A stretch of 64,000 nucleotides of DNA from NCBI GenBank assembly GCA_951406725.2, contig OX597821.1, positions 96,162,001-96,226,000 of the forward strand. The letters run 5' to 3'. A program made the position numbers and the translations under genes. Shown one piece after another: positions 39,175 to 54,221 of this stretch. Origin of the DNA: Octopus vulgaris (Eukaryota). Within the stretch, counting starts at the first letter, position 1, and every line of letters starts with the position of its first letter. Below the pieces are notes generated by a model that was given only the letters and a program-made list of their open reading frames with translations, did no database searches and was not told the DNA's origin.

Positions 39175-39559
39175 ATACTCTAGACACAAGGCGCGAAATT
39201 TTGGGGGAGGGGGCCAGTCGATTAGACCGATCCCAGAATGCAACTGGTACTTAATTTATCGACCCCAAAAGAATGAATGTCGACCTCCACGGAATTTGAA
39301 CTCAGAACGTAAATACAGGGGAAATACCTATTTTTTTACTACCCACAAGGGGCTAAACACAGAGAGGACAAACAAGGACAGACAAACGGATTAAGTCGAT
39401 TATATCGACCCCAGTGTGTGACTGGTACTTATTTAATCGACCCGGAAAGGATGAAAGCAAAGTCGACCATGGCGGAATTTGAACTCAGAACGTAGCGGCA
39501 GACGAAATACCGCTAAGCATTTCACCCGGCGCGCTAACGTTTCTGCCAGCTCGTCGCCT
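39175..39559 (-). mobile_element. SINE family A dimer (full copy plus partial copy)
   Basis: Full copy 39326-39559 joined via AAATAGGTATTTC to a second copy that starts internally. Confidence 0.85.
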
Positions 39560-40226
39560 TTTTCAGAGTGTTTGGGTGTCAATCTGAGGACAATGCAATT
39601 TAAGAACATGTACCGAGAGTGATAAAAATCAAACATTCAGTCAGCATCATGGTGTTTGTTGTGATCGCTAGTGATGGCGACGTTATGCCTCCATTCATCT
39701 TCCCACGCGGATTCAGACTCAACATGGAGGCCTACATAAAGTGCCTGGAGGAGGTAGTGCTGCCCTGAATCAAGTAGGTGGCTGCTGGAAGATCTTATAT
39801 CTGGCAACAAGACTCTGCACCATGCCACACAAGTATGAGAACTCAGTCATGGCTGTCAGACAGTTTCTACGACCACATTGATCCTAACATCTGGCCACCG
39901 AACTCTCCTGATTGCAGCTCCCTTGCATCTTATGTGTGGGGCGCAGATGTTTGAGAGACCAACAAAACTCCTTGTAACATCAAAGATGAACTGAAGGAAA
40001 CGATTATGGCAGCATTCACCAACTTAAACAAGGAGAACACCCAGAAGAATTGCAGGAGATTCCGAAGTCGTCTGGAGGCCGTGGTTGAAGCCAATAGTGA
40101 TTTCATATTCTTTAGTATTTCAAGATATTTCAATGTCATCTTGGTAAATATATCTGTTAATATCAGATGTCAGTTTTATTTTCATTTTTGCGTAATCTAG
40201 ACGACAATATATTCACCGTTCCCTGT
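39560..40226 (+). mobile_element. DD37D (maT-type) Tc1/mariner transposase 3' fragment
   Basis: IMVF.VIASDG.VMPPFIF...YIWQQDSAPCH...IWPPNSPDCSSL(A)SYVWG with 37 residues after the second D; ends CCCTG|TA. Confidence 0.85.
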
Positions 40227-40308
40227 ACACACACACAAACACACACACACTCACACACACTTACACACACTCACACACACATATATATATATACACACGC
40301 ATACATAT

Positions 40309-40339
<31 letters not shown>

Positions 40340-40635
40340 CACATACATACATATATACATACATCTATATATATACGTGCGTGTGCGTGCGTGCGCGTAT
40401 ATGTATGTGTTTGTGCCCCTCACCGCTTGACAACCAGAGTTGGTTTGTTTACCACCCCCTAACGTAACGGTTCGGCAAAAGAACCGATAGAATATGTAAC
40501 AGACTTTAAAAAATAATTACTGGTGTGTCAATCTGTTTGACTAAAACCTTTCAAGTTGGTGTTGCAGCATGGCCACGGTCTAATGATTGAAACAAGTAAA
40601 AGATTTTAAAAAATAGTTAAAACGATAAATATATA

Positions 40636-40856
40636 TATGAGTAAGTACTGAAAAGTTCCGGGTTTTAAAGGTGTCGCAAAAGGCTTGGTTGGTGGTCCAA
40701 TCTTCCGAGTTATTTTTAAAGGACATAGAAAAACTGAACGACCACTGCAATAGGTGTATGAATCTGAGCGGGAAATAAGTTGAATAAAATCAAAATTAGT
40801 TGATCCTTCTGTATTTACTTTTACCCAAAGCCAGTAACTTTTCAGCTGCCCTCGTA
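40636..40856. mobile_element. Tc1/mariner-type MITE
   Basis: Same TIRs and body as 31821-31990, in the opposite orientation. Confidence 0.85.
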
Positions 40857-40877
40857 CACGTGCCAGGTAATAACAAT

Positions 40878-41258
40878 TCTCTTTTTCTCTTTTACTTGTT
40901 TCAGTCATTTGACTGCGGCCATGCTGGAGCACCGCCTTTAGTCGAGCAAATCGACCCCCGGACTTATTCTTTGTAAGCCCAGTACTTATTCTATCGGTCG
41001 CTTTTGCCTAACCGCTAAGTGACGGGGGCGTAAACACACCAGCATCGGTTGTCAAGCAATGCTAGGGAGACAAACACAGACACACAAACACATATACACA
41101 CACACATATATATACATATATACGACAGGCTTCTTTCAGTTTCCGTCTACCAAATCCACTCACAAGGCATTAGTCGGCCCGGGGCTATAGTAGAAGACAC
41201 TTGCCCAAGATGCCACGCTGTGGGACTGAACCCGGAACCACACAGCCACTCCTGCGCC
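40878..41258 (-). mobile_element. SINE family C, near full length
   Basis: Nearly identical to 16100-16520 with a short deletion in the head. Confidence 0.9.
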
Positions 41259-41429
41259 TTGTATTTGTAAGTATGCTTGGGTCTCTCGCGGAAAATTTGT
41301 TAACACTGAATATTCTTGTTGGTTTTAAAGGTCCTTGTTAATTTTTGGATGTATCTGTTTGTGTTTCTGTTGATCATTCTTGTTAACCATGGGTATCTTT
41401 GTTAGTCATGATCACTAGTGTTAGAAAAG

Positions 41430-41820
41430 TGGAGGCGCAATGGCCCAGTGGTTAGGGCAGCGGACTCGCGGTCATAGGATCGCGGTTTCGATTCCCAGAC
41501 AAGGCGTTGTGAGTGTTTATTGAGTGAAAACACCTAAAAGCTCCACGAGGCTCCGGCAGGGGATGGTGGTGATCCCTGCTGTACTCTTTCACCACAACAT
41601 TCTCTCACTCTTACTTCCTGTTTCTGTTGTACCTGTATTTCAAGGGGCCGGCCTTGTCACTCTCTGTGTCACGCTGAATATCCCCGAGAACTACGTTAAG
41701 GGTGCACGTGTCTGTGGAGTGCACAGCCACTTACACGTTAATTTCACAAGCAGGCTGTTCCGTTGATTCGGTTCAACCGGAACCCTCATCGTCGTAACCG
41801 ACGGAGCGCTTCCTATCCTA
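41430..41820 (+). mobile_element. SINE family B, full length
   Basis: GGAGGCGCAATGGCCCAGTGGTTAGGGC..GGTTTCGATTCCC; 12-bp TSD TAGTGTTAGAAA at 41416-41427 and 41821-41832. Confidence 0.92.
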
Positions 41821-42980
41821 TAGTGTTAGAAAGCGCGAATGTAAAAATGCCATGGAACTTTGATACAAAGAGATCTAGCATTTTAAGCCGTCACAGTGTG
41901 AGCTTTAACAAACACAAGCAAATAGTTATTGTTATGTTTTCTGCGGAAAGAAAAAAGGAAAACGGTGATTGACTCCGAATCTATTTAGATAACAATTAAA
42001 AGCAAATAATTAATTGAATTAGAAGCTAGTTAAAACCATAAATTATGCAAACCATACTAAGAGATTTACACATATCGCTATATCTAGTGGCTATAAATAT
42101 TTATGAGTTTTATACCCCCCCCCATGAGCATAAGAATAGTTTACTTAGGTTGGAACAAAGTACCTAGATGGGATAAATTATATTCGAAACCAGATCACGT
42201 CAATCCAACTATTTTTGTTGCAGACGTGATAACAACTGTCATTTGTTTATGTTTTATTGGTTATATATATATATATATATGCCTATGCATACATACATAG
42301 GTACATATATGTATATATAATATAACATTATATATAAAAAAAAAACTATATCCGTATCGTGTGATTTGTTTGGACACGCATCCTATATATTTGATTTTGC
42401 AAATATTTATCTGAATATCAACAAGGGCGCGCCTGCACGTTCATTAGCTGCAGTATTATGTCAACTAATTTGTTAGTATGGTACCAGAGAAAGCCACTGA
42501 TTACATTGTTTAGAAAAATTTTTGCCACTAACACTATGCAATTGCGCTTGTATAAATGAAGATTGTTTGGTGATACAGTTATCTGACGTAGAATCAAACC
42601 TTCCAATTTCGCAATCGAATATTCCGTATCCATTCAGCTTTGAAAGCCAAGATCAAGGTTAAACAAGATAGGAATTTACTCTTATTTCTGAGAGCAAAAT
42701 ATTAAAAAAAATTCTATTTACTCTTCCAGCTCTTCCAACTGGCGTTTCGCCGCCGTGTCTTTCATCAATGCCATTAGCTTCTCAACTCTTTGACCTACAG
42801 GTGGTCATGTTTTTAGTGGAGCAAACATCAACCATGCCGGGGCTTGCTCTATAGCCATGTAGTTCATGTATCAGCCCCGATACAACAGCTTTCTCCGGCA
42901 GTTCACACACCAGTCACATCTATAACAACTATCGATCTTGCTTTGCAGTAAGCAACACCTAACCACTGCTCATTTCGAAT

Positions 42981-43200
42981 TACGAATGAGTACTGAAAAG
43001 TTCCTGGCTTTAAGGATATCGCGAAAGACATGGTTGGAGGCCCAACCTCCCGATTTCATTATAAAGCTTAGAAAAACTGAAGGACTACTGCAATTTGTGT
43101 GTCAATCTGAGAAGGGAGTATGTTAAATAAGATCATAATCAACTGATCCCCTTGTATTTTCTTTTACCCAAAGCCAGAAACTTTCAAGCATCCCCTCGTA
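42981..43200. mobile_element. Tc1/mariner-type MITE
   Basis: TACGAATGAGTACTGAAAAGTTCC ... AACTTTCAAGCATCCCCTCGTA. Confidence 0.85.
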
Positions 43201-43979
43201 TACTGCTTGCACATCCTTCATCTTCTTGGAAAAAATTAAACCAATTCCGACAAGTTGCTGGAATACTAAACTATGATCGGACGCATATTACTATAACAAG
43301 CAATTGTAGCTGAGACGATTATTACAAGCCATCGCATCTTATACCCACACGCTATCCTTCTTTGTCTATGGCAATAATAGAATCTCTGCTTCCAACAGAA
43401 CTTGTTCTTTAAGTTCTTTCAGCTAGTCACAATACATGATGCATCAATAGCTGAACAAATACACAAAGTAGTATATTATTTCTGTCAGTACCCGTAAAAG
43501 TGTATCTATTTTTTCTCCATTTTTTCATGCTGCTCTAAAAAGAGCCGTAACTCACCTTTTCCATACCACGTAATAAACATTAATATACAAACATTTCTGT
43601 GTATGCATTCATTTTTTAATAACGTATTTATACATTATGTTTTTTTTTGGTTCTAACGCCTGAACTACCGTTCTTTGTAACATAAACTATTTGTTGAACA
43701 TTATTTTGATCGACTATTTTTATATCATTCTCTATGTATAAATAAACGTTCGCATATATGAAAATATAATTATTATGTAATTGTTATCTCCGCTGTGCTA
43801 CTAATCAACTTTTGTTTTCTGCAGAAGAATTAACAGGAGACAGATTGCCCAATAGGTTTATAGATGTAGTAGAGTTTATTTTCGTCCGAAGCTAGCTAAC
43901 GATTTTCCCTCTCGCTACTCAGTCTGACGTTATGTTTTATCAGAACAGCGATGGGGTGCATTCTCAGTGCCGGATGAAT

Positions 43980-43997
43980 ACACACACACACACACAC

Positions 43998-44071
<74 letters not shown>

Positions 44072-44089
44072 CTCTCTCTATCTATCTAT

Positions 44090-44145
<56 letters not shown>

Positions 44146-44159
44146 GTCTCTCTCTCTTT

Positions 44160-44203
<44 letters not shown>

Positions 44204-44228
44204 GTCTATCTATCTCTCTATCTCTCTC

Positions 44229-44321
<93 letters not shown>

Positions 44322-44335
44322 ATATCTTTCTATCC

Positions 44336-44368
<33 letters not shown>

Positions 44369-44370
44369 CC
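43980..44370. repeat. (TATC)n/(TC)n microsatellite
   Basis: Directly visible. Confidence 0.97.
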
Positions 44371-45151
44371 TTCCTCTCCCTTTGTATGTCTGTCTTTATC
44401 TAACACACGTGTACACACACATACGTACCCGGATGCACACACACACACGCACGCGCGCACACACTTATACACATACACACACACACATGTTCAAAGCAGT
44501 TTCGTGTTAGAGTCCTATGACTGAAGCAAGTGCAAAAGAACGTAAAAGAATACACAAACATACACCGAATTAGTCAGTTGTCCTGAGCGTGTCACTCTTA
44601 CACACACACACACACACACACATGCACACACACGCGTGCGCGCGCACACACACACACACACACACACCACAGACATACACACACACGCACCTACACACAC
44701 GCGCGCGCATAATTCTTTTATAGTCTACCGCTTAAAGAAGAGAATGTCGAAGAAATCCGGTACTTTAAAAATGTCTCCTTTTCTGTTTCACTATATTTCT
44801 CCCTTTTGTTTCCCTTCGTCTTCCTCCTCCTCCCATTATCTCCTCCATCAGCCATCCGCTGCAACTTCCTCTATTTACCAATAAACAGATATTCTTTTCC
44901 GAAAGCTTATCCCTGGATTATTATTCAGCTTCACTGTTTTGGCTATTTGTGTTATAACAAAAGACAAAAGTCTTCAATAGAAGTAAATCTGCAAGACTTG
45001 ACACTCTACATTGTAATCATAGCCACAGTTTGGCAGCGTATCAGAAAAATATAACTCTTCCTGTCTATCAATCTCCTCGTCATTGCTTCTTGAGCACAAT
45101 GTCTTTCCTACTAAAGAGACATAAGAGCGTTTCATTTGCGATTATAGTGCA

Positions 45152-45534
45152 CTAGCAGTATCGCCCGGCGTTGCTCGGGTTTGTAAGGGAAATAACTATA
45201 CAGCATTTTTAGAGAGTTATAGCCAAAAAATAGCAAAAAAATGGAAAAAATATGATGGTAAATCTTTTTAAAAATCGTTGACTCATCGTAGACATTTTTA
45301 GAGAGTTACTTCCCTTTTAAAAAATATGCATAAAAATGGAAAAAAATGATGGTAAATTATTTTTAAAATCGTAGACTCATCGTAGACGCGCGCTAATACC
45401 CAGAAGGGCTCGATATGAATCACGACTATAAGATACCCGGTTTTGGTTAAACTGCACTGCAAAATGTGGGAGTAGTTAGGAATCTAAATCGAAGGGGACA
45501 GACACTCACACAACTACAGTTTTATATATATAGA
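45152..45534 (-). mobile_element. Non-autonomous Helitron
   Basis: Minus strand A|TC start, CCCGAGCAACGCCGGG hairpin, CTAG|T end. Confidence 0.88.
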
Positions 45535-46355
45535 TATGAATAGAATCGAATGTATGCATTTATTTATGTGTAATAGTTAGGGTTATCCTCATGTGCATCG
45601 GTGTGTGTACTTAACTGGTACACAAACGCCCGAGCGCACACACACACACACATTCACACACACACGCACACAGAGTAATGTAGTTCAAACTTCAAGTTTC
45701 ATACTAAGCTTATCCCGAGCAGTCGTCAAACACAAAACTGGATTGGTTTCTACAGAATCTGTGACTTACAGTGGTTATTAGTTAGCAGAATTTCTAGAAT
45801 TACATTTTGGGTTAAAAAGCAGTATAACTTGTTACATGTATGTTCAGTGTAAGGCGGAGGTGGTGGAGTTAAAAATATGTCGAAAGTGTAGAATATAAAA
45901 ATATATATATCTAAGGAAGGCAAAAAGACGAGATAAAAGAAAAGACAAAACAAGTCTGTATGGATATGAACATAGAAAGATGAAATATAAATTTAAAAAT
46001 ACGAAGCATGAAAAAGCATATCAATATAAAATATAGTGTGACCAGGGGTGTCTATTAGTGTGTTAAAACTGATGAGTAATTAATTCAATATCGATTTATG
46101 CTGCTACATGGAAAACAGAATGGAGAGATAAAGACTGGTAATTATCAAAGAGTGTATTGTTATTAAGTATAGTGAGATCAGGGTTATGTATTAATGAGTT
46201 GAAAACCAAAGTGGAAAGCGGAGAAAGTGTGCAGTTTTTTTGTTTTTTTTTGAAAATAATTAACTGTTATTCAGTGCAGGAGGAATTTGTCGAAGTAGCG
46301 ACATTTCTGTAAATCTCAGACTTGACATTATATAGCTTGCAGATTTATGTAAGTA

Positions 46356-46870
46356 CTAGCAGTATCGCCCGGCGTTGCTCGGGTTTGTAAGGGAAATAAC
46401 TATATAAGCAGTTTTAGAGAGTTACTTCCCTTATAGATGCCAATTCGGGCTTTCTTAGCCATTTCTGTTTTGGTGTCTTCAAGCCATGAAGTCGTTGTTC
46501 TAAAAGAACGCTGGTCTCCTTGACAACGCTTTACGACGTTGATTTCCTTACACTCCCTTCCCCACAGCTTCACGAGGGAGGGAAGAAGGGGGAGAAGCAA
46601 ACACAGGTGCAGGTGTGACCATGGATGCCAACTCCGCCGCCATCGACACACGAAAAATTATGCATTAAAATGGAATAAAAAATGATGTTAAATTATTTTT
46701 AAAATCGTAGACTCATCGTAGACGCGTGCTAATACTCAGACGGGCTTGATATGAATCACGACTATAAGATACCCGAATTTGGTTTAACTGCACCGCAAAA
46801 TGTGGGAGTAGTTAGGAATCTAAATCGAAGGGGACAGACACTCACACAACTACAGTTTTATATATATAGA
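46356..46870 (-). mobile_element. Non-autonomous Helitron, same family with a different interior
   Basis: Termini nearly identical to 45152-45534. Confidence 0.88.
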
Positions 46871-47024
46871 TTTGAGTGTGAAAAAACTTCTAAGTAATGT
46901 GTAAACGACAACAGTATCACGTTTCTGTTTGGTGTGCATCTCTCGAGGATATTCCACTTTACTTTACAATCTGTAGCCATGTTATTTTAAATACCCGGCA
47001 TAATTGGATAGCTGTGTTGTGTTC

Positions 47025-47252
47025 TCTCTTTACTCTTTTACCCTTTTACTTGTTTCAGTCATTTGACTGCGGCCATGCTGGTGCACCGCCTTTAATCGAG
47101 CAACTCGACCCCGGGACTTATTCTTTTTGTAAGCCCAGTACTTTTTCTATCGGTCTCTTTTGCCGAACCACTAAGTAACGGGGACATAAACACACCAGCA
47201 TCGGTTGTCAAGCAATGCTAGGGGAACAAACACAGACACACAAACACGCACA

Positions 47253-47303
<51 letters not shown>

Positions 47304-47468
47304 GACGGGCTTCTTTTCAGTTTCCGTCTACCAAATCCACTAACAAGGCTTTGGTCGGCCCGAGGCTATAGTAGAAGACACTTGCCCAAGGTGCCACGCA
47401 GTGGGACTGAACCCGGAACCATGTGGTTGGTAAACAAACTACTTACCACACAGCCACTGCTGCGCCTA
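47025..47468 (-). mobile_element. SINE family C, full length
   Basis: Colinear with 16100-16520. Confidence 0.9.
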
Positions 47469-48949
47469 TTCCCCTTTTCTATATTTCTGAAGGAATAAGC
47501 ATGATTGAATTGGTATTATTTAAAAATACATTGTATTGTCTACTCGTTAACTTACTACACTCATTTCCATACAACAGTTTTTATGCCCCGTTGCCCCCTA
47601 GTCCGTATTTTCTATGCAATTTACTTTCTATATGAACCCTATAAATCTTTAAACCTTATTTTTGAAGTGTTTCATTTCTAGAAACTTTAGCTACCCTTGG
47701 AAAATAACTTAGCCCTTAAAAATGCAATACGAGAACCTTCGAATAATAACCCAATGTATGCCTCAGATTTTTAAACAATCAAGTTTTTTCTCTGGTGATT
47801 GTTTGAATAATCATGTTATGAAACTTGAAATTATTATGTATTATCACAAATAGGTTATGTTTTATATAATTTCCTGATGTTATATGTAGTGAGTATTTTT
47901 TTGTTTGTTGTGTAAGACTTTATTTGTATGTGTAAGTGTATATTTTTCTGCATATGTATATATGTATGTCTATATATAAACACACATATATAGATATATG
48001 TACACCCACATATGAATATGAAACTTAAGGAAAACTGAATATAGAAAGAGACCAGACCATCTAACGAAACTCGTTCGTCGTATCAATTACTTGCCGCGTG
48101 GCTGCCATCATTTAGGTGAAGTGAACTTGCCATCACGCCTGTTCCCTCAAAGTTATATCTAAAGTTGTTTCCTATTAAAAGTCCTTCATTTTCTTTCCGT
48201 AATGCACAGTAGCACAGTACATCGGTCCTTCCTTGCACAGAGTCAGTAGTATATGACTCTATGAAGAGAGATTAATATTATCTCGTTCAATCCTTTTCCA
48301 AGAGAAAGGAATGCTGTACATAATTCTCCATGAGCCTTCTCAATGTGCAGAGTACCCAGACCATAGCGCAAGCAAGCGCGTGACAGGGAGAGGAGGAGAG
48401 GAGAAGGGATGAGTGAGAGTAGAGTTAATCTCGTATTTTTGCGATCCGAAAAAGAAAAACATCCAAGTTGACATAAACAGGATTTGAACCCGCAGCGTAA
48501 CGGACTCTGTCCTATGCTGTAACAACTTTGCCAACTTGCAAATTAAACTACTTAATTTCTCCGAATGTCTCGCGTGTTTTACAGATTACTCTTCAACTGT
48601 CAAACATTAGAAGGTCAGTCTATTTATGCTGATTTATCCTGCTGCATTTGCTATAATTGTCATATAATTACTTTCGAATTTATAAACTATAATCATAGGA
48701 TAGATATATCTTTCATATAAATTCTGTTAGCTCTTACATCAGCACTATATCTAAATACGTAGTCTCCGTTCAGTACACGCACGCATGCACACACACATAC
48801 ATACATGCATACATACATACATACATACAAACATACGTACGTACGTACATACATACATACATACATACATACATACATACATACATACATACATACATAC
48901 ATACATACAGATAGCTGGATACACATTACTAATATAGGCACGTTACTAA

Positions 48950-49155
48950 TATTAGCCCAAGGCCTGAAATTTGGTGGGGAAGGGTATAGTTGAATAGATA
49001 AGTCCCAGTGTACAAACGATACTTATTTTATCAACCCCAAAAGCTTGGAAGACTAAGTTGACCCCGTCGAAATTTGAACTCAGAACGTAAAGACAGACGA
49101 AATGCTGCAAAGCATTTTGTCCTGCGTGTTAATGATTTTGCCAGCTCTTCGCCCT
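48950..49155 (-). mobile_element. SINE family A, diverged
   Basis: AATTTGAACTCAGAACGTAAAGACAGACGAAATGC. Confidence 0.75.
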
Positions 49156-49349
49156 TTGTATTTATAATAACAGGCGCTGGCATGGCCGTGAGGTTAATAA
49201 AGTGGGTTCGCAACAATGAGATCCTGCGTACGAACTTACAGTGCTTCGTCTTCTAAAACTTGAAGTTGTCGAAAATCGTGTCAGCGAAACATAGGTATAT
49301 ACTGTGTCAAAAACTGCTTGATGAACAGTATCTGAAATGTGAGGTAAAG

Positions 49350-49637
49350 ACGCCTGGCTTAGTGAATACGATATTCGGCCGACAGTGGTAAGGTCGCGAG
49401 TTTGATACCCGGCGGTGTGTTATGTCCTTGAGCAAGACACTTTATTCCACGTTGCTCCATTCCCCTCAGCTGTCAAAAACGAGCTGTACCTGTATTTCAA
49501 AGGGTCAGCCTTGTCATATTCTGTGTCACCCTGAATCTCCCTGAGAACCGCGTTATGGGCACGCGTGTCTGTGTTGTGCTCAGCCACTTGCACGTTAATT
49601 TCACGACCAGGCTGTTCCGTTGATCGCATCAACTAGA
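49350..49637 (+). mobile_element. SINE of the same type as 29448-29781
   Basis: GTCCTTGAGCAAGACACTTTATT..CCTGTATTTCAAAGGGTCAGCC. Confidence 0.8.
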
Positions 49638-50393
49638 ATCTGCAATATAATGGTTTAGCTATTCTTCCACATTACATTATACTGATTCTGTCCAACGATT
49701 ACATTAAAGATAAATTTGTCTGCGGAATACACGGCCATCTGCGTTATAATACATACGACGGAAGGTCTAACAATTTTTTCACTGTACTTAGCATACAATG
49801 ACTCAGTATAATCTCAGCAGAAAAAGCCACTGCCTCTATTTAGTGTCCTTTATCATATGGACTCGACCATGGAGCGCGCGTTCTTGATCGATAAATCAAT
49901 AATTCGATCAATAAGTCATAAATCCAGTCTAATCTTTGATTTCTAATGAGATAGATCGACTGAGAAAGAAATCGTCTATCTGATGAGTCTGGTTTTATGA
50001 AATACGAAAGCCAGAATAAACTAGGACATAGAAGATGTAAAAATATAGAACCAACAATTAGAAAAGACTAAGAGATATGAGAGAGATAGATATAGATAGA
50101 TAGATAAATAAGTAGATAGAAAGAGAGAGACAGCGAGTAAGAGTGAGAGAGAATGTATTAAGTAATTACATGACAATAATAGAAGTAGCAATAGTTGTAG
50201 TAGCAGTAGTGGTAACAATAGACGCTCGCGCGCGCGCACACACAGTAGATTAAATAGAAGAAATAACAATAACAATAAACATTTTAAGCGGACATGCCCC
50301 ATCACACATTGACGTCAACATCACCAACCACCATTACAAACAAGAATGACAACAGCTCGATCACTGTGAACCACATCAGCAGCAATTTCAACG

Positions 50394-50970
<577 letters not shown>

Positions 50971-51441
50971 CTAGGACACCACCACCACGACTATCATTCC
51001 CCTTAATCAACACCTGCACACCCACCACCAGCACTGCCACCAGTAGAATCGCCTCCGCCACCAATCATGAGCAAGAACATTATGTCGCATTTATCAGAAC
51101 AAACACAAAGGGCCCCTAAGTGGTCGCTGGTCCGGCTAGCAATTACAGTTATATCTCCTTAAGCTATCACTCCGCCGTTTTGGGAATGCTGGATAATGTT
51201 GTCCAACAATTCTCTGCAAATATTTGATGGTCATGGATAGCAGAGCTTTCATCATAGTTCTGCTCAGTTACGACTGACCAGGAAGCAAACAACGACCACA
51301 GAGTATAAAACAATATAAAGCACTACTACTAGTAGCATCAGCGCCTCCACCACTACTACCACCACTAACACCATCGCCACCAGCAGTAGCTCTGCCGTAA
51401 ACATTACCACCACAACAACAACCAACAATTACAACAAAAAT

Positions 51442-52063
51442 AATGGTTTTAAATTTTGGCACGTGGCCAGCAGTTTTTGAGGGGAGGGGAAAAGTTGATT
51501 ACATCGACCCCAGTACTTGACTGGTATTTATTTATTGACGCGAAAAGGATGAAAGTCGAGCGCGACAGAATTTGAGCTCAAAACGTAAAGATACACGGCG
51601 TACCAACGGTTTTCCAAGCTCGCTGGCTCCAAGAACGATGATAATAAGGGTTTCAAATTTTGGCTAGGATCAGCAATTTATGAAGAGAGATGGAAGTTGA
51701 TTACATAAACCCCTCTTACTTTAACGACCCTGAAAGGATGAACAGCAAAGTCGATCTCGCCGCAATTTTTAGCTCAGAACGTAAAAACGGAAGTAATGCC
51801 GCTGAGCATTTTGTCCGGCATATAACGGTTTTTTCCAGCTCGCTACCTACATGAACACTAGCCATAATGGTTTGAAATTTTGACACAAAGACCGCAGGGG
51901 AGGAGAAAATCGATTTCATTGACTGGCAATTATTTTATCGATCCTGAAAGGATGAAAGGCAAAGTCGACCTCGACAGAATTTTTGGCTCAGAACGTAAAG
52001 ACGTACGAAATGCCGCTAAGCATTTTGTCCAGTGTACTAACGGTTCTGCCAGCTCGCTGCCTT
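51442..52063 (-). mobile_element. Three head-to-tail SINE family A copies
   Basis: GGTTT.AAATTTTG....AAAGGATGAA.. repeated at about 51445, 51649 and 51869. Confidence 0.8.
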
Positions 52064-52669
52064 CAAGAAAAATAACAAGAGTAAAAAATAAAAAGGTATA
52101 CGAATAGCACACATCACTATGATGAAAGCTCTGCTATCAACAAACACGATAACAAGCACTATCATCACCACAACAAGCATTATCACAACATCCATCTTCA
52201 CATTAACAACAACAATAACAACAGCAGCAGCAACTTCATTAACGTGTGTATCATTAACAAAGTCATTACAAATTAAAGAAATACCAATCCTAGCAATTAA
52301 ATTAATAAGCTCTGTTAGAAATTATACCAAAAATACAATTTTTTACTTTTAGTATTCGAGATGTTTCTGTATGACTTCTGCATTAAAAATACCTTTTCCC
52401 CGCAAAAAATTTTATGTATTAATTTTTTCTAATTTATAATTACCTTTTTTATCTGTTTTTTTTACATTTTTAAATGTTAGTTCTAGTTTTTATTTTGATT
52501 TGATTCATATTTAATTTGTAGAGTATTTGGTAACCTAGTTTAAAATCCTTTTCGAGGTCAGACATTGATAAGATCGGTGGTAACGAGGTTGGTGATGAGT
52601 GAAGAGGAAATCGACGGCTAGAGTTGGTTCAATCAATAAACAACGTCTTAATCTTGTTTTATCATTCAT

Positions 52670-52851
52670 TTGCTACAATCATTGAACTGTGGCCTTACTG
52701 AGGCACAGCTTAAAGGGTTTCGTCGAACTTATCAATTCCAGTACTTAATTTTTAAGTTTGGTTCTTATTTTATCGGTTCTATTGCCGAACCGCTACGTCA
52801 TAGGAACGTTAACAAATAAACTACACCGGTTGTCAAGCAGTAGGAGCGTGA

Positions 52852-52916
<65 letters not shown>

Positions 52917-53025
52917 CGACGTGTTACACACACTTTCTATTTATCGAATTTATTCACAAGGCATTGGTCGGCCCGGGGACATATAGTAGAGGTGCCGCAC
53001 AGTGCGACTGAACCCGAAACCCTGT
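52670..53025 (-). mobile_element. SINE family C, diverged
   Basis: GCCGAACCGCTA..GGTTGTCAAGCA..CACAAGGCATTGGTCGGCCCGGGG. Confidence 0.7.
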
Positions 53026-53084
53026 AATTAACAACACAGGTATAATTCTTACTTTTCTTCTTATATTTTCTACGAACTTTTCCA

Positions 53085-53485
53085 GTATACTCGGAGACTA
53101 GTGGTTGGAACGTGGAAAATTATCTTCAGAATATCGCCTGGCTCGAAGTCTTCCAACATATTGTTCTCTGCTACAAGTATCCGAAGACCATGAGGTGGTT
53201 TAAAAAAAAAAAACGTTAAACAATGTCTTTCACACCAAAATAGACACAGTGCCTCTGACAAGCTTTCATACAGTTCGTTATATCTACAGGGCGTGTATCA
53301 AGAATGGAAGAGTCAAGGTTCACAGGACAAGTCTTATTCAGCGAGCTCATTTCAGGGAAAAGACCACGAGGATTCCCTCTTTGGAGTTACAAAGACCAAC
53401 GCAAAATAACACTGAAAGACACAGATCTTGAGTCTAAATCGTTTGAAACACAAAACCGAGACATAGAATGCGGTGGTGTTCCGTA
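53085..53485 (+). mobile_element. RTE (BovB-like) LINE C-terminal fragment
   Basis: RMEESRFTGQVLFSELISGKRPRGFPLWSYKDQ.K.TLK. Confidence 0.7.
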
Positions 53486-54154
53486 ACCCTCGGAACCAAG
53501 GATACAAGATAAAGCCGGCGACAACGACCCAGTTCCATATATAAGTGTTTGGTAAACTCGAAGTTATGATATCTTTTCTTTTCTTGTAATGAGTGTCCAA
53601 CACGAAAACCGGACCCGAAATCTTATGTCTACAAAGCGAACACTTAACTACACAGCCATCATTATGTTTATACCAGTAGCTGCCACAGGGTCAGTATTAC
53701 CGAACTGAGGAGAGGTCGTTAGGGGCCATAAAGCAGATGGTTTGCAAAATAATATTATACTGAGGTGGCGATAAACCATTCCATTTATTACATGATAATA
53801 TCACCATGCTGTACGTTGACATTCAAGAACACAAAAAGGTTTGGAGCCGCTTGTTTACAACCAACAAGTCATTCATATGTTGGAGAAAATTACATTAACG
53901 CAACATATAGATCGCACGATTTAATTCACTCTATACCAGAATATTTATTTCTTTGAAATCCCTAGTGGGGAAACACGTGGCTGTTACAGATGAAAAATCA
54001 CGAAATTTACCCAGGTGGACCTTATTCAGCATTCAGAACGTGTTCCATATGATATGTAATTAGCTTCATACGTTAATTACAATATCTAAATATCACTAGA
54101 TGGTTTATTCTTTCTCGCCTTCTGTCTTATCTCTGTTCTTGCTCTCTATCCCTG

Positions 54155-54221
<67 letters not shown>

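Noticed and set aside
41431-41500. tRNA gene
   Set aside because: The tRNA-like A/B boxes are SINE heads that run into SINE bodies bounded by TSDs
43798-43860. Plus-strand acceptor CTAAT..TTTTGTTTTCTGCAG
   Set aside because: No convincing downstream donor or recognisable coding sequence
49977-50030. CTGATGAGT...ACGAAA hammerhead
   Set aside because: Stem II is only 2 bp and there is no stem III or stem I pairing
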